DNA of 64,000 nt, taken from assembly GCA_001949185.1 (NCBI GenBank), contig BDGG01000012.1:1108973-1172972 (forward strand), given 5' to 3'. Source of the DNA: Ramazzottius varieornatus. Its lineage: Eukaryota; Animalia; Tardigrada. The notes under the pieces are model-generated. The model had not been told where the DNA came from. It made no database searches and saw only the letters and a program-made list of their open reading frames with translations. Made by a program: the position numbers and the translations under genes. Within the stretch, counting starts at the first letter, position 1; each line of letters opens with the position of its first letter. Positions 1 through 12,076 of the stretch are shown in pieces.

Positions 1-165
1 AACAAACGAGCCAGACGGTGACGAACCTGCACATAGTGTCACGTGCACATAAAGAGGCCCATGCAAGTGTATGCAGATATGTGTGCCGTTTGAGGAGGTT
101 TTGTCTGCCGATCTCTTACTTGGACTGACTTTTGTTTTTGTTAGCTGGAGAAGTCTCGGTCTCAC

Positions 166-1564
166 CTGAATACGAGCCTGGATGATCTTGCGGAACCTGC
201 TGTCGGAATCGTTATATTCATTTCTGCTGAAAAGGCGGTTCTGGTTGGAGTGACGGCGAAGTTCATAATTATCGTCACACGACGGACTGGATAAAACTTG
301 ATCTTCTCTTTGTTGGAGAGACCTCGAGGGTCGCCGAATACTCCTGAAAACGACCATCGCCATTCTGACGTAGAGGTATAGGCAGATTAGTAGTGGAACG
401 ACGTAGAAGAGAAGTAGGTCGGAAACGAAAACCATGGCGTATGCCAGAGGCTCCGTAAGAAAGCGGAAGTGACATCTCATTGCGTCCCTGTACTCTCCGG
501 CGGGATCATGAAAGTTCAGCGGAGACGTTTGGGTGAGAAAGATCCAGGGACTACAGTATAATCCCACTCCAACCCATATCGAGATGATCACAAGACGCAC
601 TTTGCTAATTTCCATTTGTGGGTCCTGGATGATCCGGGGTCGACAAAGCGCCAGATAGCGCTCCACACTGAACGCCAACATGCTGCGAATGTAGGAGAAT
701 TAAAGAAGACCCTGAAGTTACGCTGCGTTGTGGTTCGCTGATTGAGCTAGTAATCTGTAACTGTCTGCAGGGCACTGGCCATCGATAATTACCTTGCGCT
801 GCTCGCGTTGATTCCTGTAGGCAATAGCACATATTGATTGAACGAAACTATCGGATAAAAGGCTCACGGCTCTGGAGCAGGGACTGAATAACCGGGTCCT
901 TACCAAAATATTGCAAATAAATAAGAGATGAGCATCCGATTTGCCCAAGGACCCAGACATGCGCCGGACGGAAGTACGATGAAATGGTGTCGGGAATTGA
1001 GGACAACAATACTAAGATATCCGCCGTAGCCAGTGACACCTGTAAGGATAGGGCACCAATTGGTAAGAACCCACTCAAGCCAGCTGCGAATAAGCGAGTT
1101 TCTCAAATCTAAATGATGAATCGTATTGAAAATTTTTTCCATCATAGAGGGAAAAGGTCAACAACTGGGAGATCGGCGGACGAAACGTACAAAATAACTC
1201 AAGTGACGCACGCTCCCAGCCTTACACTTTGGAACCGCGCGTCCCTGGAGTTCACCATCATGTACGTTCTGTTTGCCGACCTCCTAACCATACAACCTAC
1301 CAAGTGGTAGTTTACTGGAGTCCGCAGATATTTGTTCTTCACAACAGCAAGGATGATGAGGCAGTTTCCGAATAATCCGAGCACCAGTACAATAGAGTGA
1401 AGGACGGTCCCGGTGGCCTGGTAAGTCGGGCTGAAGTATTGGGGCACGGTGTTCTCACGACCCGTATCGTTTCTCGCTGTACGAAAAAGAGAGCTGTTTG
1501 CTCGAAGTGCCTGGCCGTCGGTCAGAGAATTTCCTGCTATACCAAAATAATGGGCTGCGGACAT
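166..1564 (-). CDS. Rhodopsin-family neuropeptide GPCR, thyrotropin-releasing hormone receptor-like (3' part runs off window)
   Basis: Spliced translation: TM1 ..LGLFGNCLIILAV..LRTPVNYHL | VSLATADILVL..WVLGQIGC..LQYFG | INASSAS | MLAFSVERYLALC..DLLLFYVVPLL..QARIQ|gtgag. GN, LAxxD, ERY and the GINASS motif match TRH receptors. Confidence 0.8.
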
Positions 1565-2849
1565 GGTGATGGATTAGGACTTTACCACCAAAATAAGCTC
1601 ACATCCCTTCTATACTGTAGCATCGGTATGAGGCTCCAGATGTCGCCGCCCATGGGAGTTACTGCAATCTACACTCAGCTAACGTCAAGGTCAATTTCAA
1701 ACAGAATATAATCAAATGATAGAAATCAAGGCTACTCTCCACACGACGTAAATGCTCAATGGACCGGAAACGTGATCAAGTACCACTAATCCCACTCGAC
1801 CGCACCATTCTTCGGACGTGAGGCCTTCCGAAAGTTAAAAGGGGAAGTACAGTACGAAAAGTTTCACGGGCCTCCTCAAATGGAATACGAGTCAAAAGAA
1901 GATGTATGACGGGGAACTTGAAAGAGAAAGCCACTCCCGCTGTGATTAACGAGGATTATGGCAGAATCTCTCCAAAGACTAGCGTCCCGCAACATGTGCT
2001 GTCGCCCACAGGAGAATCATGCTGGCACTACGAACACATGGGTCATAGCCTCACCAACCCGTGTTCGGCCAAAGTGGATGGCGTGCATGTCGTTTTTGCG
2101 ACTGGTTCATTAATCCTCCGGGATCGGTCAGCACCTCATCTGCCTGCAAATCGGATTACGTGCGTGTTCAATCAGAACGATAACGAAAAGCAGGAGGGCC
2201 ATCCTACATAGTGATATCGGTACTCGAGCCTTTGGCGGCGGAAGTACTCTGTTTAATTTGTAGCTAATGTCATAGCAGAAACCAAAAAAGAGTACGGTGA
2301 AATATTAAGGTCGCTCCTCCAAGCAATGCTACTACTCAGCCTTGATTATTCTGATAACATCTGGCTGCGATCTCAACATCCAGATATTCTCTAGCGAAGA
2401 TTGTTTTCCGGCTCTCCACGAAGCTGAACTCTAATGATCCGAACCCATTTAATATTTATGTCCTGTCTTCACCGTACGTGGGTTCATAGCTATGAAAATG
2501 TCTGGAAGCTATTTTCTGACGCTTTATCCGTTAACTGGTCAAAAAGTTAAGATATTATGTGAAAATGCAGAGATTCATAGATGCGAAACCGAATTAAACG
2601 AAATCAACGAAAGAATATCGTTCGAAGCTCGGATGAGTACATGAGGTTTCTCACAGGTGAGACAGCCATTCCTTTCAATGAACCACTGGTTGAGCGGTCC
2701 GAACTGAACCTTCAAGCGCCTCTCGAAACGTCTACCGTCGTAAACACATCAACAACCGAACCAAAACAAGAACCGTTTTTGCTGGAACTCACGTAAGCCT
2801 CGGTTTTCACCCACCGAATGAGTTCCGGGAACCTTCCAGCTTCTCCGCA

Positions 2850-5323
2850 CTAGCCAGCTCGGACTATCCCCGTATCTCGTCCCGCAAGCTTGCATTCGTC
2901 GAAGTATGCCGTGGTGGTGCTGTAGTGGAGTTTACAGAGAACGACGTTGTTGTCGTAACGCATTTCAGCCACTTTGGTGTCCGGATTCACCGTTACTTTG
3001 AAAGTGTAAGTCCCGGGTTTGACATCTGTCAAGTCTATCCATTGGCAGTCTGTAAACCACAGCGCCCAACGTTCTGTCATCGAAATTATTCAACATGATC
3101 AACCAGAAGATGAAGAGGTTGTTACTCACCAACATCGTGCTTGTATATGTCAAAGCAACCCACTGAGATCCCCTGATCGCCAAAATTAGCGCAGTTATAC
3201 TTTTTCTGCCACGGCTCATCACAGGCGTTATCTTCCAGGCAGAAACTGGCTTTGTGTCCTTCCGCCACTTTTGTTCCTCTGTCATCTACAAAACCAAAAT
3301 CGACTGAAACCACAGAAGTCTTTTCAATTTTCCATTTTTTGACGATAAAATGACGTCGGCAAATAAACTGAGCACGATCGTTTTCCCAAGTGACGCAAAC
3401 TACCAGTCAGGAACAATGAATACGTGCGCCGGTGACAAAACATTCGTGTTCAATTCATTCGCCGACGTCCCAAATGTCCTCCGACTTCAGCTGAACTTCA
3501 AGCTCGGATGTTTCCTACAAAAAATCATACAGAACGTTTTCAGCTTACCTAATATGTCAAAGTGGGCGAAAACTTCCATGGAGTGGTAGTGCTTGTGACA
3601 AGCATGCCATTGCCACATATGTTTGGGAATGAAAGACAAGAAGTCCGCCTTGCCGATGTTCTTCGTGGCCAATGTGAACCTTAGAAGACGGCGCGTTGTC
3701 CAAGGGAACGAGAAGGCTTTCGGGTCTAGCTGGTATGCCGTACTTGACAGACAGTTCTCCTCCATGGCACAGGTCAGGTAGAACATGGGCTGTTCCTGCA
3801 GGTAGACGGAAGACACAAGGAATTCCATGTCGACCACGAGATCCGGGAGTTGGGTGTTGCACATGACACCCGCGATACTTTCTCGTTGACCGTGACACTC
3901 GGCGACCCCGACCTGCTTGTGGAAACATTCCATCAAGTGGCTCTCTTGACCGGTGCACGTGACACCGCTCAACGAGATGGCGCGAGTAGGACCCGGAAAG
4001 ATGACATTCTGGATGGCGCGTGATGCTTGGCCTAGTCCGAGCTGCCTACAGATGACATCGGACTCCTGTGTTGCAAAACAAAAGCTGCTCAGTGTTTGGA
4101 CCTTTGCCCGCGGCATAAACTTTGCCCATATACGTCACGAGCCACCCCCAGGCATTTTAAGCTTGTCACGTACACGTGACATATGTTGGTGAAGTTTTAG
4201 CCACGGGCAAATTTAGGACCAGATCCTCGTACAGGTGAATCTGCTTTTTGAATCCTATGATATGGATCATTAAAGACATTAGGATTTGGGATCATTTAAT
4301 GACGGGAGCACAACAGGGCCCCGAATTTACCTTCAAGCTCCATCCGTTCCCACAGATCACGCCCCACTCGTCATGTGAACCAAACTTGACTTCCACACGG
4401 CCTTCCTTCTGATCTCGTCCACCTGCAAGGCGAATCTAAAAATAGGAAACTTCATCAGTTTTTCCAGAGTAAACACCCAAACATAACACACGCTAACGAA
4501 TTACCCACCTGCATGTGTCGTCGTTTATCGTTCTCCAAGTAAGCTTCGTTATGTAACACAAAGTTGGCGATGTCATCGTTGATCAACATTGGTGTGGGTC
4601 TCACGGTAGTCGTCGTTGTGGAAGTAGTCGAAGCTCCAGTTGTGGCGTTTCTTGGACGATCGTGAAGGAGAATGGAAGACACCGTTCGGTTGTTGTAAGC
4701 ACGGTCAAAGCGGATTCTTCGGTTGTTGGGCGAGTCCTGGCTGGGAACGGTTAAAGTGCGCGTGTTGACAGATGAAGTGCGTCCATTTGTGGGCCGTTTG
4801 CAAATTACCCCAGCTGCCTCGTTAGTATCGCAGTCGGAGTTTCCCCAGCCGTCACTCCGGCAAGTGGTAAGATTACGCTCGTAGCCCCAGCACTGGACAT
4901 TGCTGAGCCATATTTGGCGTCCACCAAGCCCGAAGCGGGAGTTGGTGGTGCCAAAGTCCGACCGAGTGTAACCCAGCTGACGACAAACGACAGTCGCGTC
5001 TCTGATATCCCACCCATCTAAGAAAATGAATTTCAGTGTTAACTAGGTTTAAATAAGAGCAGCTTCAAGATTTAGCACATCAACGTGACGTTCGAACATC
5101 AAAAAAACTTTTATCGGGAGTTGGGTCGCGGGTACTTACCATCACAAACACTTCCCCACTTATGGTCATGATAGATCTGTACATTGCCTTCGTATTCCGT
5201 CGAGCCGCCAATCAGCCTCACTTCACCATCTTCTGGACGCGATAGAACCCCATGAAAGCAAAACTTGACCAGGAAGATGAGGAGAGAAGGGTCGGGGAAC
5301 CAGGAAGAACTTTTGAGGCGCAT
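2850..5323 (-). CDS. LOXL: Lysyl oxidase-like protein (signal peptide, 2 SRCR domains, LOX catalytic domain)
   Basis: SRCR motifs VRLIGG..WGSVCDDGWD..VCRQLG, found twice. Copper-binding WQWHACHKHYH, HKASFCLED and DIYKHDVDCQWID. Exons join at GT-AG. Confidence 0.93.
3352..3469. repeat. Intronic imperfect inverted repeat (26-bp arms) in LOXL intron
   Basis: gacgtcggcaaataaactgagcacga versus reverse complement of tcgtgttcaattcattcgccgacgtc: 22/26 identity. Confidence 0.75.
4103..4211. repeat. Intronic inverted repeat / tiny MITE-like hairpin in LOXL intron
   Basis: tttgcccgcggcataaact...agttttagccacgggcaaa (16/19), with pairing continuing inward to gtcacg/cgtgac. Confidence 0.7.
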
Positions 5324-6433
5324 GATGGGCAACAATGCAGCCTGTCAGTGGATCACTAAAACTAATCCGATACGACAGACTCCACTGGTAGAAACCACCC
5401 TCATAAATTAAAGATAGAACTGGTGTTATGGGCATGCAGAGAAAAACAGCTTTTATAAAAAAAGCATCACCTGAAGGTAGATGTAGTTTTACACTTAAAA
5501 TACACAGCAGCTAGATGCAATGAGGAGCAACTAAATCAACAGTTCTTAAGTCAATGTTCACATTCTAGAGCAAACAGCCAGCACGACATTGCTTCCGCAA
5601 CTTTGCCAGAGAAACATCACCATTACTCTTTCCTTTACGCGCGTCCATCTTTAGAAGAATGTTGTTCAATCCGTATATCAACTTGAAACCGTTTCGTCAC
5701 CCGCCTAACTACAACTTAGTCAATCGCCCAAAGATCGTCCAAAAATTGTCAGATGACGAAGAGAGACACAGCAACTGCTAACAACAGTTACTTGTCACAT
5801 TACAAACTTTGTGATCAATCGGCGCCATGGTTTTTTCCCCGCTGGAATCAAAGTCCTTCTTTCCGTCAAAGTTTTCATCAAACTTCTTTGCTTACTTTTC
5901 AATTTACCAGGATAGTCTTTCCTTCCAGCCCACCTTACGGAAATGGATGATGCGAGAAAGGTCACCGTTATGAAACCAGCAAAATCGAACAAAATTGCTG
6001 CTCTGATGGATGAGTGCTTGACATTTCATATTGATACCCTCCGGTGCAAATCTCGCAACATCTCGCAAGATTACTTGCGGACTGATTTCTTGGTTGGGTG
6101 CGTCAATGATAATATATCCCAAATTCCTAATGTACAGTATCTCTTATGCTTCTAGGAGGTAACTTAGGTCGCAATATGGCGCAGAAGAATCGATATTCTA
6201 ATTTCACAAGAATTTTGATAGAATGCTATGAAAAACGATAATGATCTTAATAAGAGGGGTTATCAAAAAATTTTACGATTTTTAAGAAAACTAGTTGTAA
6301 AAAGATTGGCATAAAAAGGGCGAAACCAGCGACGGTATTGGTCATAAAAAAACACAAATAAAAAAAGAAAACACAATCACATGCTGCCCCAAAATAAATT
6401 AGCCTTTTTATAGTGCACTCACTTACTAACAAA

Positions 6434-8928
6434 TCAGATGTGAAACATCAACGGAGTCTTTTCATTTGCTTCGTCCACTTCATCATCCTCCGGATCCACC
6501 TCAGTCGAAAATGTGATCTTTGGTCTCCGCTTTGGTCGCTTTTCGTAGATCATGTACAGAACCGTTGCGGTGGCCTGCAAAAAAAGCATACTTGTTCCAG
6601 CGACCAGATACCCGTTGTGTTCATTGCAGAGAAAGATGTTAAAGTTGATCGAACAAATACTGCAAAAGGCACTAGGCAAAATTTGGTGGAGCCGAAGCGC
6701 CTCTAAAAGTACTCACGACGAAAAGTTGGAAGAAGGCGATTCCGGTCACCGTCCAACTGAAGCCGAGGTTCTCGACAGCGAACCCACCGGCAGCCGGACC
6801 AACGAAAGCCCTGCATAATTCACATTAACATTGTCTACATTTCTCCACAAGAAAGATCAGCGTAGTATCAATATCATGGACCGCAGACGTGTTGATAGAT
6901 ATCGTACCCAAGAGCAGTTGCCGAGCTAAGAGCTCCGGAAACCATACCATGCGTCTCAAAGTTATCCACGAAACCAGCTTTTCTGAAACGTGAAGTCAAA
7001 TGACAAAGTTGCCGTTTAGAAACTCAACAGATACCGCCCTCACATCGTAACTTCCAAATTCTTGCTGAATGGAGGTATCAACTGGCAGCAGGTTCCCAGT
7101 CCAAGGACAATATTGGCAATGATCAAAACCCAAAGTTTCCTACATACAATATCAGCTTGTGATACCCATGAATTTATGTACGGAATATGCTGAGATGAAA
7201 GAGCTGACGAGGAGACTTATTTACCCTTGTAAATTCAAGAACGGAGCAGGACCCATGAACAAGTAGCAGGCACCGCTGATCATGGCACCAGCAACCATAT
7301 ATTCCGCCGCTCTTCCGTGACGATCGATCCTCACCCCCAAGAAAGGCGCGCAAAGAAAGTACAGAACACTTGGCAGGAGGAAGATGGCACCGACCACTGC
7401 TGGAGTTATGTGGAACTAGAAGGAAATTGTCGAACGGTTTCTAGATATACATCCAGGGAAGTGATCAAAAGAAAGAAAGGGCTTACTGCTTCTAGATGAG
7501 GGCCATACATGGCGTCTAAAAACCCAAGTCCCAGTGTGGCGCAAAAGACTGACGCTAAGCTGACCCACACGCCCGGAAGCATGAAGTACTTGCGGTATGA
7601 TGGGGCTTCTTCCTTTTCGTTGGATGTCTCGAAAGAAGGAAATAACAACCAGGAGGCAATGCCGCAGCAGCATACCAGGGAACCCAGAACGGCGAACGGC
7701 AGAAGGAAACCTCCGATCTGGTAGAGGGCGCCACCTATCGGCGGACCCAGCGTATATCCAAGACCGTTGAACCTGAAACCCAGAACGACTTCCGCATAAT
7801 TATGTCATTGTGGGGCATGCGTAGCAGAACAACTCTCGTCTGTCAGGATGGTGTCTTACGTCTCACAGGCTCCGAAGACGGTAGAAATGGCATTGGGGAA
7901 CTGTGAAGCTATGATTGAGAACGAAGCTGAAAATGAATGCAGAGTCAGAAAGATTACTGGAAAGGAGGAAATGGAACTGTTTCCAGCCAATGTTCGACGT
8001 ACCCGTCATGAAAGCGGAAACGCCAACAGCATCAACCAACCGAATGGCAAAGCACATGGCCACAAAGGTTCGTCCTGCTGGACAATATTCCAAGAAGCCC
8101 ATCAGAACAGCCGCGACACCAGTCGTGAGGATGCCCGTGACAAACATAAACTTGGCTCCAATTTTCGGCAACTGTTCAACAGAAACAATGAGTACGGATA
8201 ATCAGGTACAGACGCAAAAAGCTTCCACCATTGACTTACAGCTATTCCCCACAATGGAGACCTAGAGTATAACAGTATATCAAAGACACCATAATACTGT
8301 ATCATTAAAGACAGCGCCATCAACATAAGCCACACTCACATTACGAATATGACGAGCTGAAAACAGCCGAAAATCAGACCGACTTCAGTCTCTGTAGCGC
8401 CCTTCATAGCGGCCTAGAAAACACATCAAGGTACAGATCAGACTATCCACGCTGAACTGTTTGGATTCCTCAAAGTAACATAGGAAAATAAAAACGAGAT
8501 CGTACATAGCTGGGGAAGAAGGGAGCGATGCATGAGTAGAACACGGTTGCGGAGAAGTTCGCCTGAAAAGACACACGTGGATTACAGCGGACTACTTTGA
8601 TACAGGTAAGCAACAGGTTTCTTACGAGGCAAAGAATCGCGATGAGTGACTTCGAGCGATTAGTCAATTCGCGGAACCACCTCAACCCTCCTGCTTTGCT
8701 TTCCTCCTCTTCCTCTTCGAGGTTTATCGGTGTTTTGAAGACGGGCATAGATGCAGACATCAAGTGACTTCCACCAGGTCCACTGTGTCCACTCAAGGTA
8801 GACATCGGCTCTTGCGCTTCTCCATCCTCATCTTCTTCGCGTAAGGTAGAGATATGCGTAAACGTCACCGAGCGAGTGATGGGCTTGCGGAACAGTAGGT
8901 TGTGACTGGAAGACTTTCGGGAAAACAT
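6434..8928 (-). CDS. SLC18B1: MFS-type transporter SLC18B1-like (vesicular polyamine transporter family)
   Basis: Exons ..FYSCIAPFFP..GLIFGCFQLVIF..PKIGAKFMFVTG..FAIRLVDAVG..GYTLGPPIGGALYQIGGFLLPF. Acidic C-terminal dileucine-like EKTPLM. Confidence 0.82.
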
Positions 8929-9606
8929 GATGTAGCCGCTTCAGCTTCACAGGAAGACTGGCCTCGGTAGCCGCTGGGTTCTGAGACTTCCGCTGGCAAC
9001 AGCTGATCAGGCAGTCGAAAGCTGGAGATGCAGCATGCAAATGCGACCGGATGCGGCTACCTAAAACCGCTGAGAATGTGCTTTCCAAAAAGTTGGTGTA
9101 AGATAGGATCTCAAGAAACAAGGGGAGGTAACTCGCTGGCATTCACAAAGTGACTTCGGGAATAACCAAAAGCAAAGCCGAATATCAGCTAAGTTAGCGC
9201 TTGCCAGAAGGAAGCTGGCCAGTTTACGCTTTGCGGTGGACATTGGCCTTATGGCCTACCAGCGTGCTGACAGTCTGACAAGGAGGACTAATCGAGCAAT
9301 ATGACGTCACGACCACGCCCATTTGGCAAATTGGACATGGATCTGCGGTTGATTTATTTACGTTTGATTGCATTTTGTGGCACAATTAAACTACAGTCTA
9401 CAATATTTTTGATTTTTGAAATGAAATTCCGGAAGCACTGGACCTTCCATTGTTCTCTTGTTTTCCGTAGATCTTCGCGTTGAATAGGATGCGTCCTGCC
9501 GCTGTTGGAGAACTGCTCATCGCTGCTACCAGGAAGGAAAGAATCTGTTGTAGACCTGGGAGGTGAGAAGGATACGCACGTTGCATCTGCGACCGGGAGT
9601 ACGAAG

Positions 9607-10252
9607 ATGGTGCTGGCTTTTTTGATCTCCACGATGCAGCAAGAAAGCGCGACGCCCATATATTCCGCCACTTTCGACCGGGATCCAGACATCGCGACGC
9701 GCGAAGAACGGAAGGATTTGTATCAGAGGTTGAGCCAGAAGGTGGCGTCGGAGTACGACGCAGTGAAGCGATATACCAACCGGAGCGATGCTGGTGATTT
9801 CGAGCGTCTACGTAATGACAATATCCTACCGGAGTTTTCTCGCGGTGTGGTCTACCTGGACTCTTCTGAGTACCTTATGGAGGACAAGATACTGTTATGG
9901 TTCGCAGCACTCGATTGTGGGTTTGTGATGGTGCTTCATAGGACGGAGAGTGTGCAAACCGCCGTCCTAAACATGAAAATCCTCATTCAAAATCTGCAGC
10001 AGTATACCCGCATCCTGACTGACCCCGTAGCGGCTCTGTTGAAGATGGAAAGGACCGAAACGGTAGTGCACCATTTAATACCAAATGGTGTTCTGCAGCT
10101 GCAAGCAAGGTAGGTTATGACAGCACGCTACAACCTTTTATCGAGATTTAAATATTCTTAGCTAAAAAGCACCGTTCTTCTGTAGTGCTTTGCTCAAAGA
10201 AACGCTCAAAGAACTCGACAGGAAGTTGCAGCGCCTCATTAAGGAGAGGTGA
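9607..10252 (+). CDS. AP5S1: AP-5 complex subunit sigma-1
   Basis: MVLAFLIST..IYSATF..KILLWFAALDCGFVMV..ERTETVVHHLIPNGVL; one intron near the 3' end. The pattern matches AP5S1. Confidence 0.75.
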
Positions 10253-10601
10253 AAGAAAGAATGTTCTCCTAGTACTGCTTCGTATTTCCGCCTTGTAATA
10301 TTCGTTTTTGATCGTTTGGTGCTCCGGACGGTGGACCGAAACACTTCCGGTTTCTGTGATTTGAATTTTTGGTCCATGGAAGTGTTTTGCGCTACGATAA
10401 TACAGTCACATTTCGCAAGTTGATTTTGATTAAGTACCAGGAAGAGTTGCATGCTGTGCCAGTTTAGACTGTTTCCGCAGAATAGCCCGTCAAGGCTTGG
10501 CAGATGATCGCCTGGCGACGTTTTGGGAATCGTTCCTCCGACAGCGGCACTTGAAAGTCTCTTCGTTCAAGTTCAATTAGCCACAGCAGTTTGCTTCCGT
10601 C

Positions 10602-11588
10602 ATGATGGCTCCAACACTGGATGCGCGTTTCAAGAATCGCAAAGTCGAGTCACCGAAGGTGCGACCGGAGCGTCAAAAGTCACCGTTGGATAACACGGTT
10701 CCGTCAGTCGAAGAGGACGACGGTGACTCGCCCGGAACTTACATGCCCATCCCCATGATTGTACGTTACGGAGGTACTGCATACGTAGAACTGGATGTCC
10801 TGTTCAAAGTCTTATCGAAGTGGCGTTTTAGCAAATAAAGAAATGTACGTAAACCCCAACGCCGGCTTCGCCAGTGTCATGGACTATGTTCGCGAAAAGC
10901 TGTCGGCATCCTCGATCAGTAAGTAGGGAACTGACCGGAGAGATATACGCACAACTGTCCCTAATTCATTATGTTTCAGTACGAAGTCATTATTCATGGT
11001 TTCTATCCACTTTGACTAGTGTCAGAAGAGGACCACATCGAGCTTTGTGATGAGAAAGGTCTGCTTCTCAACCCGGACAATTTCCCTAATATGATGTACA
11101 TGACTAGTTTTATCAAACCCTCAAGCGACGAAGCCACATTTTATCCGGCGAAAGTAGAGCGTACGTAATTTGTGAACAACATGCAGTATGGAACTGGTGA
11201 ACAAAAGCATTCCCTGGTGTTTTCTGCAGGAGACGAAAATAAAAAGGTTATCAAGCTGGATGTTCTTGTGAAAGACCCGGAACATACAGTACCGGAAGTG
11301 TTCATCAAGCTAAAGAAGGACTACCACATTTTGCCTGACGGAAGAACTCGTACAGCAGCGAAAAAAGACCGAAGTAAATGACGATTCAAAAACCAAGTTT
11401 CTCGGATCAACTTCCAATCTTCCACCTTGATTTCGCGTTCTTTTTTAGTTGATGTGGCGCCTTCATCACCGAAAGCGGAAAAGCGGGGTCAAACTCCCAT
11501 GCCTTTTGACCGAGAGCCGTCGGTCATAAGGTCCACCGCAAAGAAAACAGCGCGACGGTCGAGAGAGAAATCAAGAGGGAACAAATAA
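10602..11588 (+). CDS. CXorf65/C22orf15-family uncharacterised protein
   Basis: Spliced: MIVRYG|ENKEMYVNPNAG..VREKL..|IELCDEKG..FYPAKVER|..; resembles the CXorf65 pattern FIKHGDN..VNTNC..IDLCEQTG..YYVCKVER. Basic C-terminal tail. Confidence 0.6.
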
Positions 11589-12076
11589 AACTGCCTCAAG
11601 AAATCCTGGTTCCTTATTAGGAGCAGGTGTCCTGCTGCCAGGTTATAGAGCGTTCTTTCCTGCTCGCCGGCGGAACCTTTATAAGCCGTGCCGATGTGAC
11701 GCGGTACCGTAAGTGTAACATTCTCGGCGTATAGCCACAGTAGTCCTCTTCCAGTTTCGTCAAGAAGATCGAGGACAATGCATAGGCTGTATCAGACGCT
11801 ATCATGAATCAGCTCTGACTAGACCAACGTGGACCATGAGATCAACAAAAATGGCACACAATCTGAAAGCTAAAACAGGAAGAAATAAATAAACAAACGA
11901 TGCAAGCTGCATGGTTATAAGCATACACACACACATAAAACTGGAAAACCACCCGGCACTTAAAACCTGACTAGACACGATGAGCAAACACTATTGGCAC
12001 AGTTCGTTGCAACAAGCCTTGGCTGGAAGTGAATCATATGAGAAGAACAATTAATAGCGAAGAATCTTTGGTTCTT

